Below the pieces are notes generated by a model that worked only from the letters and a program-made list of their open reading frames with translations, was not told where the DNA came from and ran no database searches. The position numbers were made by a program, and so were the translations under genes. Source: Alphaproteobacteria bacterium (GTDB lineage: Bacteria; Pseudomonadota; Alphaproteobacteria; UBA9219). From it: DNA of 64,000 nucleotides. Positions 20,383-30,484 of the stretch are shown here, piece after piece; positions within the stretch are counted from its first letter, which is position 1; every line of letters starts with the position of its first letter. The stretch covers positions 61,379 through 125,378 of the forward strand of contig JABDAH010000001.1 of NCBI GenBank assembly GCA_013289265.1. Direction: 5' to 3'.

Positions 20383-20919
20383 TCATTTATACTCGACCGG
20401 AAAATATTCAGAAATGAGCATTATCGGCACATTTGCCGAAATGACGCGGTAAGTGCGAACCAGTAACATGTTGGACTTGGCGCAATTAAAGTGATCGCAC
20501 AGTCCATTCGCCTGTACATGCTTTACTTCCAGTAATTCCTTAAATGTTTCCAGTTTATGCTCCAGCCATAACCGGCCAAGCGAAGTGTCAGAATTAACCA
20601 GCGCGTTGCGAAATGTGGGGTGTAAGCGGTCGAGTGCAATTGTGGATTCTGCATAGACATAATTCTTGTTCGATTTTTCTCCGCGTAACAGTATTCTTCT
20701 TTCCACAATGCTTGCGCCTGCATTGAGGGTGAGATGCGGGGGAGAAGGAGTAGCGGAAATCGTTTGCTGTGAAATTTTGACTAAATGAATGCGTTCAAAA
20801 AAGGTGGCCTCTAAAATCTCAGTGAGAGTTCCATCTGTAATGATGAGAACTCGCTGCAATGGATTTAAGGTGCCAGCATCGATCCCTTGCAGTTTTTTGA
20901 GAATGTCGAGTGCGGACAT
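20383..20919 (-). CDS. chorismate pyruvate-lyase (4-hydroxybenzoate synthase), Rv2949c/DUF98 family
   Basis: 178 aa; shared blocks with Rv2949c-type lyases: TDGTLT, LLRGE, YAESTIALDRL, ETFKE, YRVIS..PIM..EYF. Confidence 0.75.
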   Translation of the reverse strand: MSALDILKKLQGIDAGTLNPLQRVLIITDGTLTEILEATFFERIHLVKISQQTISATPSPPHLTLNAGASIVERRILLRGEKSNKNYVYAESTIALDRLHPTFRNALVNSDTSLGRLWLEHKLETFKELLEVKHVQANGLCDHFNCAKSNMLLVRTYRVISANVPIMLISEYFPVEYK

Positions 20920-20931
20920 ATATAATTCCGA

Positions 20932-22155
20932 TCAAATTCTTTTAAAGATAAGCGATGTATTGATCCCGCCAAAAGCGAAGTTATTTGACATCAGATATTC
21001 TGTCTGCAATTGGCGTGGGGTCTTGATGATGTAGTCTAACTGGGCGCAACGTTCATCAACGTTTTCCAGATTGGCCGTTGGGCAGAACCAGCCTTCACGC
21101 ATCATTTCGATGCCAAGCCACGCCTCAATCGCGCCGCAAGCTCCAAGCGTATGACCAAAATGCCCTTTGAGAGAATGCATGGGAACTTGTGACCCAAGCG
21201 CTTTATGAGTGGCTTCACTTTCAGCTATATCACCCCATTCGGTTGCCGTGCCATGAGCACTAACGAAGCCAATGGCCTCAGGCGGCAATTCTGCATCCTC
21301 AATGGCAAGACGCAGGCATTGCTGCATAGTGGATGCTTGAGGCGTCGTGATGTGATTGCCATCAGAGTTGCATCCAAAACCCACAATCTCAGCATAGATA
21401 GGAGCACCGCGGGCACGCGCGTGTTCGTATTCTTCCAGTATTAGTGTGCCGGCACCCTCTCCAACAACTAACCCGTCGCGGTCCCGATCAAAAGGTCGCG
21501 GAGTTGTTTCCGGTTGATCGTTTTTGGTACTGGTCGCATAGAGCGTATCGAAAGTTGCGGAATCCGTAATATCCAGTTCCTCGGCACCGCCTGCGATCAT
21601 CATATCGGCTTTGTTCCAGCGAATAGCTTCATATGCATACCCGATACCTTGGCTGCCGGAAGTACAGGCGCTAGAGGTTGGAATAATTCTTCCTGTTATG
21701 CCGAAGAAAACGCTGATATTCACCACCGTGGTTTGTCCCATCATGCGAATGTAATTCGTGGCATTGAGGTGTTTGGATGTTCCATTCATTTTGAGTTCAT
21801 AAAAACCTAGAACAGCATCGGGACTACCGAAGGAAGAACCGTAGGCTACGCCCATACGTCCCGATTGGATGAGGGGGCTATTCAACAGTCCCGCGTCCGT
21901 TAAAGCGCGTTCCGTGGCATAAACTGCCATGCGGGATACCATTCCCATTGTCCGCAGCTTTTTTCGGGGATAACGATCTTCGACAGAAAAACCAATTACT
22001 GGGGCCGCGAGACGCGTATTGACGTCAGTGAAACGGCCCCATTCTTCCATAAAGCGGATGCCTGTGCGCCCAGCGGCAAAGGCGTCGCGAATAGTTGGCC
22101 AATCTTCGCCAAGCGAGGTGATGCCGCCCATACCAGTGACAACGACGCGACGCAT
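20932..22155 (-). CDS. beta-ketoacyl-ACP synthase (FabB/FabF-like; APE-cluster ApeR-like)
   Basis: 407 aa, active-site Cys in SSACTSG, His/His motifs (SAHGTAT, GHTLGACG). Confidence 0.88.
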   Translation of the reverse strand: MRRVVVTGMGGITSLGEDWPTIRDAFAAGRTGIRFMEEWGRFTDVNTRLAAPVIGFSVEDRYPRKKLRTMGMVSRMAVYATERALTDAGLLNSPLIQSGRMGVAYGSSFGSPDAVLGFYELKMNGTSKHLNATNYIRMMGQTTVVNISVFFGITGRIIPTSSACTSGSQGIGYAYEAIRWNKADMMIAGGAEELDITDSATFDTLYATSTKNDQPETTPRPFDRDRDGLVVGEGAGTLILEEYEHARARGAPIYAEIVGFGCNSDGNHITTPQASTMQQCLRLAIEDAELPPEAIGFVSAHGTATEWGDIAESEATHKALGSQVPMHSLKGHFGHTLGACGAIEAWLGIEMMREGWFCPTANLENVDERCAQLDYIIKTPRQLQTEYLMSNNFAFGGINTSLIFKRI

Positions 22156-22880
22156 TAGACCATCCCACCATTTACTGAAATGACCTGACGCGTGATGTAG
22201 CTGGCCTCGTCAGAGCATAGGAAGGCGACGGCGGCGGCAACTTCATCTGGTTGCCCCATACGGCGCATAGGTATTAATTGCGCCACGTCATCGGGTGTTA
22301 GGCCTGAAGTCATCTGTGTTTCAATAATGCCGGGAGCCACGCAGTTCACGGTGATGGAGCGTTTGGCCAGTTCAATAGCCAGGGCTTTGGTCGCTCCAAT
22401 AATGCCAGCCTTGGCGGCACTGTAGTTCACCTGACCGCGATTGCCTACTTCGCCGGATACAGAAGACAGGGTGACGATCCGGCCACCTTTCCGTGCCGAT
22501 ACCATCGGCATCACCAGTGGCCGTAACACATTATAAAAACCGTCAAGATTTGTGCTCAATACGGAATCCCATTCCTCATCTTCCATGGCGGGGAAAGCGT
22601 TGTCTCGCGCAATACCTGCATTGAGCACGACACCGTAATAGGAACCATGTTCTGCTATGTCAGCTTCCAGTACTTTGCGGCAAGTGGCGCGATCGGAGAT
22701 ATCGAAAGTAATTAAGCGTCCTTGCGACCCTGCCTCCTGAACGGCTTGCAAGGTTTTTTCCGCGCCTTCCTTATCTTTTCCATAATGAACGACGATCTGA
22801 AACCCTTCGCGTGCGAGACGGACTGCGATAGCGTGACCTATGCCCTTACTGGCGCCTGTAACCAAGATGGTTTTATCCAT
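22155..22880 (-). CDS. 3-oxoacyl-ACP reductase (FabG-like; APE ApeQ-like)
   Basis: SDR Rossmann TGASKGIG, catalytic YSAAK. Confidence 0.88.
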   Translation of the reverse strand: MDKTILVTGASKGIGHAIAVRLAREGFQIVVHYGKDKEGAEKTLQAVQEAGSQGRLITFDISDRATCRKVLEADIAEHGSYYGVVLNAGIARDNAFPAMEDEEWDSVLSTNLDGFYNVLRPLVMPMVSARKGGRIVTLSSVSGEVGNRGQVNYSAAKAGIIGATKALAIELAKRSITVNCVAPGIIETQMTSGLTPDDVAQLIPMRRMGQPDEVAAAVAFLCSDEASYITRQVISVNGGMV

Positions 22881-22886
22881 AATATA

Positions 22887-23399
22887 TTATTCCTTTGATG
22901 AATGACTGAAAGCGTCGGACGCATCTTGAGGTTGATATAAATTTAACTGGGCCGAGGCGAGTTCAACATCTCCATGAATTATGCGGCAATCGAATACACC
23001 CATTGTATCCTGTCGATATACTTCTTTTGCTTCGACGACAAGCTGTTGCCCAAGGTTAAACCAACCTGTTGAAGCATGAAAATTTCTTGTTCCCAGCAAG
23101 AATCCAAGGCGCACAGGTTGACCGTGGTTGCGTCCTTCAATACCAGCATATATGCCACAGGTTTGGGCCATATATTCAAGACCGACATAAGACGGAACGC
23201 CGTTATTTTCTATAAAAAATGGGCTGTCAGAACGAATGGTGATTGTAGCAATAACCTGCCCCGCATCCCAGCCAAGCACTTGATCAAGCAACACCATAGG
23301 CGGCGCATGGGGCAACAGATCGGCAATGGGATAGGAACAACTATGCACCGTATTATGCCCTTCCAAGAATGAGGGAGGCATTGCTGCCTCCAAAACCAA
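22887..23399 (-). CDS. hotdog-fold 3-hydroxyacyl-ACP dehydratase (FabA/FabZ-like; APE ApeP-like)
   Basis: LLPHAPPMVLLD motif, hotdog size; start probably internal Met (MPPSFLE). Confidence 0.75.
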   Translation of the reverse strand: MVLEAAMPPSFLEGHNTVHSCSYPIADLLPHAPPMVLLDQVLGWDAGQVIATITIRSDSPFFIENNGVPSYVGLEYMAQTCGIYAGIEGRNHGQPVRLGFLLGTRNFHASTGWFNLGQQLVVEAKEVYRQDTMGVFDCRIIHGDVELASAQLNLYQPQDASDAFSHSSKE

Positions 23400-24546
23400 A
23401 GGAATTACTTAGCATGGCAAGCTGCTTGCCCTCAGGCAGCGGTGTTCCCATCGCCACGAAATTGAGAACGGGCAAATTCGGATCATGGATGCCATCCCAT
23501 AAATGGGGTGGTAAAAGTGCGGGGCTGGTTGCGGCATTCAAGGCAAGCCACAAAAAGGCGGCTTCGCAACCGCCCGTAGCCCCCAACATATGACCTGTCA
23601 TACCCTTGGTGGAGCTGCATGGTGTCTGCGAACCAAAGATGGAAGAAACGGCGCGAGCTTCCATAGCATCGTTCAAAGATGTGGCTGTGCCATGCAGATT
23701 AATATAGGCGATATCGGCAGCTGTAAGTCCTGCATCATCGAGGGCCTGTAGCATGGCTTGACAGGCGCCATTGCCTTCCGGATCAGGAGCTGTGAGATGA
23801 TAGGCGTCTGAAGTTTCTCCGATCCCAAGAAACTGTACCGGCCCGTCGTCCGCGCTTAATAAAAAGGCCGCAGCACCCTCGCCAATGGTTATACCGTCCC
23901 TGTTTGCGCTGAAAGGATTACATTTTTCTTTTGCTAACAATTCCAGAGCGTCAAAACCGTTAAGCGTCATGCGGCACAGCGTATCGGAACCACCTACAAT
24001 GGCGGCATCGGCCAACCCTGCGCGAATTAATCGCCGCGCTGAAGCGAAGACCTTGGCGCTGGATGAGCAAGCTGTTGCCACAGTATATGTGGGGCCAGTT
24101 AAACCCAAAAAACATGCGGCGAAAGTGGAAAGGCCGCTTATTTCCTGTTTGTGATAATGATAATCAGTTGGCCAAGAACCTGTATTTTGGCGAATGACCA
24201 TGGCTTCTTCACTTGAAGATGTTCCTGATGTGCTTGTGCCCAAGACAACGGCGATGCGGTCGCGGCCATAACGTTTAATGGCTTTCTCAACTGCTGGAGT
24301 GATCTCCATGAGAGCCATCTGCATTAAACGATTATTGCGGCAATCGAAATCACGCAAGGCCGCAGGGGGCGTAGGGAGATCATCTCGAACTGCCCCTACA
24401 TAGACTTGTTTGTTGGGCACAAGATCATCACGGAGACTTATTCCATTATTATCTCCCGCAAACAGTGCGCAAGCAACGGCGGTTTTACCATTCCCAAGAG
24501 GAGTAACAATTCCACAATCTTCCAGAAACAGGGGGCGTGCGCTCAC
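23353..24546 (-). CDS. beta-ketoacyl synthase (APE ApeO-like)
   Basis: 397 aa, active Cys TVATACSSS, HGTATSLND and GHMLGATG motifs. Confidence 0.85.
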   Translation of the reverse strand: MSARPLFLEDCGIVTPLGNGKTAVACALFAGDNNGISLRDDLVPNKQVYVGAVRDDLPTPPAALRDFDCRNNRLMQMALMEITPAVEKAIKRYGRDRIAVVLGTSTSGTSSSEEAMVIRQNTGSWPTDYHYHKQEISGLSTFAACFLGLTGPTYTVATACSSSAKVFASARRLIRAGLADAAIVGGSDTLCRMTLNGFDALELLAKEKCNPFSANRDGITIGEGAAAFLLSADDGPVQFLGIGETSDAYHLTAPDPEGNGACQAMLQALDDAGLTAADIAYINLHGTATSLNDAMEARAVSSIFGSQTPCSSTKGMTGHMLGATGGCEAAFLWLALNAATSPALLPPHLWDGIHDPNLPVLNFVAMGTPLPEGKQLAMLSNSFGFGGSNASLILGRA

Positions 24547-25145
24547 GGATTTGTCTCCGTTGACTGCACGTTGAATTCATAACCCCAAGCGATGTTGCGG
24601 TAATGCAATTGCCCAGACCACAAATCGTGCTTGGTATTCATTTGATAATTCGCCTGCCACACTTTTTTGTGTCCAGACATTATCGTGCGACTATATCTGT
24701 CAGCAACCAGTTTGACTAATGAACCCACCAAGCCCTTCTTTACGATGGTCTCCGGCCAATAGAGCAGGACAATATCGGCGAGAATATTTTTAGCCCGCAG
24801 TTGTGAGGGAACCCAAGGTGCTGTTTCAAAATCCGTCCCTTCTTTTGTCCAATTAATAGTCATTATCTTTCGCCCCATAAGATCGAGGCCGATCAATAAA
24901 AAATGTTCCGGCGTTACGCTGATGTGTGCTTCAAATGCAAAATTCTGATCCCCGTAATGTGCTGTCACGAGCTGGACAGCTTCAACGGAATGACCAAGGT
25001 CGGCCGGGTTGGGCATGGTTAAAGCCACGTCAGGCGCGATTTGTACAATTTCTGGAACGTTTGCATCCGATGATGCTTTATCGGTTGAGTTATGGGCACA
25101 AGCGCAAAGAAGCAAGATGAGCGCAAAGGGGATTATGTTTCGCAT
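24543..25145 (-). CDS. lipoprotein (DUF3261-like; APE ApeN-like)
   Basis: lipobox LLLCAC; position between KS and MMPL exporter as in APE clusters. Confidence 0.65.
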   Translation of the reverse strand: MRNIIPFALILLLCACAHNSTDKASSDANVPEIVQIAPDVALTMPNPADLGHSVEAVQLVTAHYGDQNFAFEAHISVTPEHFLLIGLDLMGRKIMTINWTKEGTDFETAPWVPSQLRAKNILADIVLLYWPETIVKKGLVGSLVKLVADRYSRTIMSGHKKVWQANYQMNTKHDLWSGQLHYRNIAWGYEFNVQSTETNP

Positions 25146-25148
25146 CGA

Positions 25149-27476
25149 CTATCCCTGATGTTTTTTGCTTGCTGAGCAAGCCATAGGTGCAAACAGGAAT
25201 GATAGTAATATTCCAGTCGTCATGGTTGCGCCGAAATTATGTACCGCCATTACCCGGCTCAATGCCAGAAGGCCAAAGGACAGCAACGCTGTGCATGCGG
25301 CCATTGTTACCGCCAGTATGGTTACAACTTTGCGTTTTCCCGATGTTTCGGCGCAGAACACAGCATAATCAACGCCAATGGACAGGACAAGGACAAGCGC
25401 CATGGCATCAAAGAATGTAAATGTACCGCCGGCAAGGCACCGTAAGGACGGTGCCAAAATAACGGCCAATGAAGGTGGAACCATAATCCATAAACCTTTG
25501 CGGAAGCCATAACGCCAGATTAACAGAGGTGTCATTAAGGCAGCGGACAAAGCTAAAAGAGCAATTGCGCGGTTACGGTATTTTCCCAAAAGACGGCTAA
25601 AATCACCTGTGGGATCGACCAGATGTATCCCTGTTATACCTTCTGCGGCGGCGGTGACAGCTTCCGGGTGAACGACCCCATCCAGGGCAACCATATGTGT
25701 AACTTCGCCTTGCCCTTTATCCAAAAGCAGTGTCGATAAAAATCCGAGCGGTTTGCCCGATTTGCTTGCTTCAGCAAGAGTTAAAACAGGGCTTTGTTCA
25801 CTTGGCATTGCCGGTGTTGTCGCCAGATCAAGTTTCAGCGTTTGTTGCGCCAGCAATGGTTTATAAAGTTGTTCTCCTTGCAATAACCGGTTTTCTTTCT
25901 GCCTCGCCGCCGAAGGAATATACTGGGATGGTGATTGGAAGCCGGTCAAATCGCCAGCAGCAATCAGCGGGCGCAATCTTTCGGTCAATTTTTCTTCGCT
26001 TTGTAAAGCTGTTTCGTCATCAGGGGCTTGAACAAGAAAGAACTGATTGCTTGCGCTTGCGCCGATGAGTTTCTGAATCGTTTCTTGCTGCGTCACTAAG
26101 CTGGAAGATAATGACTGCATATGCCGCACATTGTCGTCGATGTGAAAGCGCAGAAAACCAATAATCCCGAGAACAACAAGCAAGGCCACCAAGCTTTTGC
26201 GTAGCCGGTGGTATTTGGACGTTTCCCAAAAAGCCAGAAATTCTTTTGCTATAGTCAGCATGGGCTGCTTGCGAGACAATACTGTATGACGGTCAAGCAA
26301 GGGCAGCCACAGCACAACTGTTACCCATGCCGCGAGAAGTCCAACCGCCGAAAAGAGTGCGATCTGATGCAAACCGGGGAAGGGGGCGAGGTAGAGGGTC
26401 AAGTACCCAATAACTGTCGTTGCTGTGCCGAGCGTAATACCAGCCAGAACCCGTTTCAGGCGTTCCTGTGGTGTGCCTATGTGTGGTGAAAAAACCTCAC
26501 TACAATATTGCAGGCTGTAATCAACACAAACGCCGATTAGGCTGATGCCGAATAAAAGCGCTCCCACATGCAACTCACCGAAAATCAGCAAGCTAATGGA
26601 AAGAGCTGTCATAATCCCCACACCTATGACAAGTAAACTCACGATCAGAGGGCGGATGGCACGAAACATAATCATTACTAAAAGAATTGTGCCGATAGTT
26701 GAAGCAATGCCTATTGTGGAGGTTTCCCCCATCGCTTCTTCGGCTCCAGCCTTTGCAAAAAAGACCGCCCCCAAATGCAGAACTTGAATATCAGGATAAA
26801 TGGTGCGTTGAGAGTTAACCGCACGGTCAAAAAAATCTGAAACTTGTTTTTGCACGTCTAGTGCGAAGGGTTCTCCTTCGACCTGCCCAGCAATCATAAC
26901 CCACGTAGTGTCCTTATCCTGTAAGGACAACATGCCATCATCGAGAGATAGGCGCGATAGGGGAAGGGGTAAACTTGTTAGGAAACTCGGCATCAACAAA
27001 AAAGGATCGCTATGGAGTAATTGCCCATTGGCCAGGCCAACGACCCCGTAAACTTGCGACAAGGCGCGGCCAGCAATTGCCTGCCCATGGCCTGCTTTCA
27101 GATTGTCGTAATCTTCATCTGACAAAAGCCCAAAGCGGTAAGGGTAATAGAATGTGCCGATTTGGCGGAGCCGGTCTTTATCAAAACCACTGGTCGTCAT
27201 ATCAAACAAACCGGAAGTTGCGAGCTGATGCGCTATTTCTTTCGCAGCGGCGTAGACTGCGGCTTTGTCTTTATGGCCAACCATAATGACAACACGATGT
27301 GATAAGGCTCGCGTTGCCACGTCATTGGCATGTTGCAGGGCAGGGTTTTGATCTTCTCGCGGCAGTAAGGCCATGAGGTCAGTATGGAAGTTTAAGCCGT
27401 GATTAACCCGGGCCAGCAAATATCCGCCAGCGCTAAGAACCGCTATAAGCCACAGAAATGCGAACAAACGCATCAT
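25149..27476 (-). CDS. MMPL/RND-superfamily predicted exporter (APE ApeM-like)
   Basis: 775 aa with two 6-TM bundles and large periplasmic loops; ATGA coupling with upstream LolA-like gene. Confidence 0.82.
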   Translation of the reverse strand: MMRLFAFLWLIAVLSAGGYLLARVNHGLNFHTDLMALLPREDQNPALQHANDVATRALSHRVVIMVGHKDKAAVYAAAKEIAHQLATSGLFDMTTSGFDKDRLRQIGTFYYPYRFGLLSDEDYDNLKAGHGQAIAGRALSQVYGVVGLANGQLLHSDPFLLMPSFLTSLPLPLSRLSLDDGMLSLQDKDTTWVMIAGQVEGEPFALDVQKQVSDFFDRAVNSQRTIYPDIQVLHLGAVFFAKAGAEEAMGETSTIGIASTIGTILLVMIMFRAIRPLIVSLLVIGVGIMTALSISLLIFGELHVGALLFGISLIGVCVDYSLQYCSEVFSPHIGTPQERLKRVLAGITLGTATTVIGYLTLYLAPFPGLHQIALFSAVGLLAAWVTVVLWLPLLDRHTVLSRKQPMLTIAKEFLAFWETSKYHRLRKSLVALLVVLGIIGFLRFHIDDNVRHMQSLSSSLVTQQETIQKLIGASASNQFFLVQAPDDETALQSEEKLTERLRPLIAAGDLTGFQSPSQYIPSAARQKENRLLQGEQLYKPLLAQQTLKLDLATTPAMPSEQSPVLTLAEASKSGKPLGFLSTLLLDKGQGEVTHMVALDGVVHPEAVTAAAEGITGIHLVDPTGDFSRLLGKYRNRAIALLALSAALMTPLLIWRYGFRKGLWIMVPPSLAVILAPSLRCLAGGTFTFFDAMALVLVLSIGVDYAVFCAETSGKRKVVTILAVTMAACTALLSFGLLALSRVMAVHNFGATMTTGILLSFLFAPMACSASKKHQG

Positions 27477-28093
27477 GGATGCACGGAATTGAAGGCCAGT
27501 TTTTCAGCTGCCGAGGGCGGCTTCGACGACAGTGCTTCATTAAGAAAAGTCAATGTATCAGAATCACCGTCCGGTTTTAACAAAACAACATTCTCAACAA
27601 ACTGATGCCCGCTAACCGTAATTGAACTGAAAGGCATTGCTGGGTTATCAGTACGGCGAGGCAGAAGCAGGACTTGCCAATTTTGATCATCTCCGCTTCT
27701 GGCAACTGTAAAATCTGTTTCTAGCGCCTTCCAATTACCTGCGAGAACGCCTCCCAGCATGTCGTAAAGATGAAGCATAAAGGGAATTTTCTGTGCAGGC
27801 AGGCGCATGACATTAATGCCACCAACGCTTTGCACTAATCCGGAAGGAGTAATAACGGTCGTTGTAGGAAATGGCTTCTCCACGCCCCAAATAACTCCAT
27901 GCTCTGGAGCCACCACAAAATGCCCTTCGGAATTCATAGGCCCGTTGAAGCCCTTTAAATTTCTTTCTTCAATAAAGCGACCCCTTAGAATATCGCTGTT
28001 GCCCATCACAACTTGACCTGCATTCGCGTTGGCGGCGAATGCGATTGAAGATGGAAACAAAAAAAGGAAGGCCAATAAGAAGTGGCGTGTCAT
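27473..28093 (-). CDS. LolA-like outer-membrane lipoprotein carrier protein (APE ApeL-like)
   Basis: signal peptide, LolA-size periplasmic protein; ATGA overlap with thioesterase gene. Confidence 0.7.
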   Translation of the reverse strand: MTRHFLLAFLFLFPSSIAFAANANAGQVVMGNSDILRGRFIEERNLKGFNGPMNSEGHFVVAPEHGVIWGVEKPFPTTTVITPSGLVQSVGGINVMRLPAQKIPFMLHLYDMLGGVLAGNWKALETDFTVARSGDDQNWQVLLLPRRTDNPAMPFSSITVSGHQFVENVVLLKPDGDSDTLTFLNEALSSKPPSAAEKLAFNSVHP

Positions 28094-28512
28094 GAGAGGT
28101 CTTTCAATTTATCGGTTAAGGCAGTTGGTGACTCCAGACAAAGCTCGTTTGTTGAGACCTCAACCGCAACTTGAGTGGTGGTCGCTTTCGTTAAAACCTC
28201 ACCGCTAGCGTGGTCACGAATAATATATTCGATCTTCAGGCGGTTTGCAGATTCCAGAATTGTAGCGGAGATAACAAATTTTTGATGAAATCGTATGGGA
28301 CGTATAAATTTCATCTGCATATCAACAATCGGCCAGATATAGCCTGATGCCTGCATTTCGGCGTAGTTATAGCCTATATTATCAAGCAGCTGGCAGCGTA
28401 CTTGTTCCAGAAAACGGGCATAGTTGCCGTGCCACACAACCCCCATGGGGTCGAGATCATAGAATTGTGCCGTGAGTGTTATTTCCGTAGAGACCATGAC
28501 TAGCGCGCCCAA
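28090..28512 (-). CDS. 4HBT-type acyl-CoA/ACP thioesterase (APE ApeK-like)
   Basis: hotdog thioesterase YbgC-like pattern (YDLDPMGVVWHGNY). Confidence 0.75.
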   Translation of the reverse strand: MGALVMVSTEITLTAQFYDLDPMGVVWHGNYARFLEQVRCQLLDNIGYNYAEMQASGYIWPIVDMQMKFIRPIRFHQKFVISATILESANRLKIEYIIRDHASGEVLTKATTTQVAVEVSTNELCLESPTALTDKLKDLS

Positions 28513-30137
28513 AAATCGAAGAAGTTATACCATTGGAAAGGTGCCGAGGCACTGTAATGTTCGAGGCGCGAAGCATATCTTGCCACACAGGCACGTATAC
28601 CTTCTTCGCGCGCGCCACGCGATAATCGAATGTTTTCTGCAAAAGGCTCCATCGTTAGACGATAGCGTCTACCATCCTGCAAACAAAATAACAGATATAT
28701 CGGACAATCAAGTAGGGCGCCAAGTAACCACGGTCCTTGCGGAAAAGCGGCGTCAGCACCAAAAAAAGGCACGAAAACACTATGTTCTTTGCTTAGAACC
28801 GACGTGCGATCACCTGCTATAACAACCCATTCGCCGCGCTCGACGCGTTGCTGAAGATCTATAATAGTTTCTGGCCCTATTTCTGTTACCTGTAATGTAT
28901 TCATGGAAGCTTCAGGGCGGAGCTTGCGCAGCAGGCGATTATAGTTTTCAGCGTGCCGTGTGTGCACCAATATCGTTATTCGTTCCTGCGTTTTTTTATC
29001 GAGAACGGCGCGCGCAACATCTACATTGCCAAGGTGTGCAACAACAATAAGACCGCCGCGTGGATCGTTAGAAAATTCGGCAAGCTGATCGGGATCAGTT
29101 GGCTCAACTGTTATTGCTTTAACATCATCTGTCCATGCAATGAAAACGTCCAGCGACCGCATGGCGAAGTTCATTTGGTGGCGATAACCTTCACCAAAAG
29201 TGGGGGAATGTTTCAAAACTCGCTTTAAGAATTGCCGTGAAGCAAGGCGCTGTTTGTTGCCAAAGAGGTAAAAATACAAAACAATAGGAGCCATGATTAT
29301 TTTGCAGCCTTCACGGCCCAGCAGACGATAGGCGCTTATACAAAATTTTAATCCCCAATAACCCCCACGCTCGGCAAGATCGGCCCAATGTTTTGAAATT
29401 ACCAATTTTGGTGGACGATGAGAAAAAATGGACGGCAACCGCATCAACATAGTTAGGAAAAGACGCGTGTGCATTTTTGTAATTCGCCAGTTGTCGCGCC
29501 AAAGACGGAAGTTGGACGTATTGTCAGCTGGATAAATCACTTTTAATGGCAGCATAACGGGCGCAACGCCGCGCCAAAATAACCGCACCATAATATCCGT
29601 ATCGAATTCCATATGCTGGCCGATTTTCTCTTCGGCCAGAAGCTTCTGCACGGGGGCGAGGGGATAGACACGAAACCCGCACATACTATCTGTTATGCGG
29701 AAGGACAAAGTTTCAATCCATACCCATATATGTGTAATCCAACGGCCAATTTTTCGGCCTGTGGGGATGGAGTTATCATAAACCGGTTGACCACTGATAA
29801 GTGCATCTGGATGCTTTGCGGCTAGTGCCAACATGTGGTGCAAGGCATTCAGATCATGCTGACCATCCGCATCAATTTGTAGCGCATTGGTAAACCCCGC
29901 TGCCTGTGCCAGTTGGAACCCTTTCGTGACGGCGGCTCCCTTACCTTGATTGTTGCTCAGTCGGTGCACAACAATTTTGTTGGCGTCGTCATGCAATGCA
30001 GCGATTACGGAACAAGCTGGTTCGGTGCTGCCATCATCAATAATGAAGACCGGCAAATTGGCTTCGCGCAGTCGCTGAACGACGAGGCCAATCATTTTGT
30101 GATGATTATAACTGGGAACTATTGCGCAAATGTTCAC
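28500..30137 (-). CDS. fused family-2 glycosyltransferase and LpxL/HtrB-type lipid A acyltransferase (APE ApeJ-like)
   Basis: GT2 N-domain (VPSYNHH, FIIDDGS, DADGQHD) plus C-terminal lauroyl-acyltransferase-like domain; track ORF starts 30260 but GTG 30137 overlaps upstream stop (GTGA). Confidence 0.75.
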   Translation of the reverse strand: MNICAIVPSYNHHKMIGLVVQRLREANLPVFIIDDGSTEPACSVIAALHDDANKIVVHRLSNNQGKGAAVTKGFQLAQAAGFTNALQIDADGQHDLNALHHMLALAAKHPDALISGQPVYDNSIPTGRKIGRWITHIWVWIETLSFRITDSMCGFRVYPLAPVQKLLAEEKIGQHMEFDTDIMVRLFWRGVAPVMLPLKVIYPADNTSNFRLWRDNWRITKMHTRLFLTMLMRLPSIFSHRPPKLVISKHWADLAERGGYWGLKFCISAYRLLGREGCKIIMAPIVLYFYLFGNKQRLASRQFLKRVLKHSPTFGEGYRHQMNFAMRSLDVFIAWTDDVKAITVEPTDPDQLAEFSNDPRGGLIVVAHLGNVDVARAVLDKKTQERITILVHTRHAENYNRLLRKLRPEASMNTLQVTEIGPETIIDLQQRVERGEWVVIAGDRTSVLSKEHSVFVPFFGADAAFPQGPWLLGALLDCPIYLLFCLQDGRRYRLTMEPFAENIRLSRGAREEGIRACVARYASRLEHYSASAPFQWYNFFDFWAR

Positions 30138-30484
30138 GTTCGTGTCCCCAGCTTTAATTGACCAGAAGACATAAGGACATCCTTTGATTGGTACGCGAAT
30201 GAAAGTCGCTTTTTTAAATTGTCCAGTTTCAGCGTAAGGGAAATTGGCACGCCGGGACAAATAATATTGCGAAATTTTACCTGAAAGTCGTGCACAGGCG
30301 GCTCCTTAATACCAAGATGAATGGCGGCAAAACGCACTGCCCAATCAATCTGCACGACACCGGGCAAAATGGGATTGTCAGGAAAATGACCGCGAAAAGC
30401 TTCTAACTCAGGCGACATGTCTATAGCGAGAATGACTTCGTTTTCCTTTGATTTATCAGTGGTAAGAACGACAGGAAGTTTCAT
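30134..30484 (-). CDS. hotdog 3-hydroxyacyl-ACP dehydratase (FabZ-like; APE ApeI-like)
   Basis: HFPDNPILPGV motif; start at MKLPVV immediately after ligase stop. Confidence 0.75.
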   Translation of the reverse strand: MKLPVVLTTDKSKENEVILAIDMSPELEAFRGHFPDNPILPGVVQIDWAVRFAAIHLGIKEPPVHDFQVKFRNIICPGVPISLTLKLDNLKKRLSFAYQSKDVLMSSGQLKLGTRT

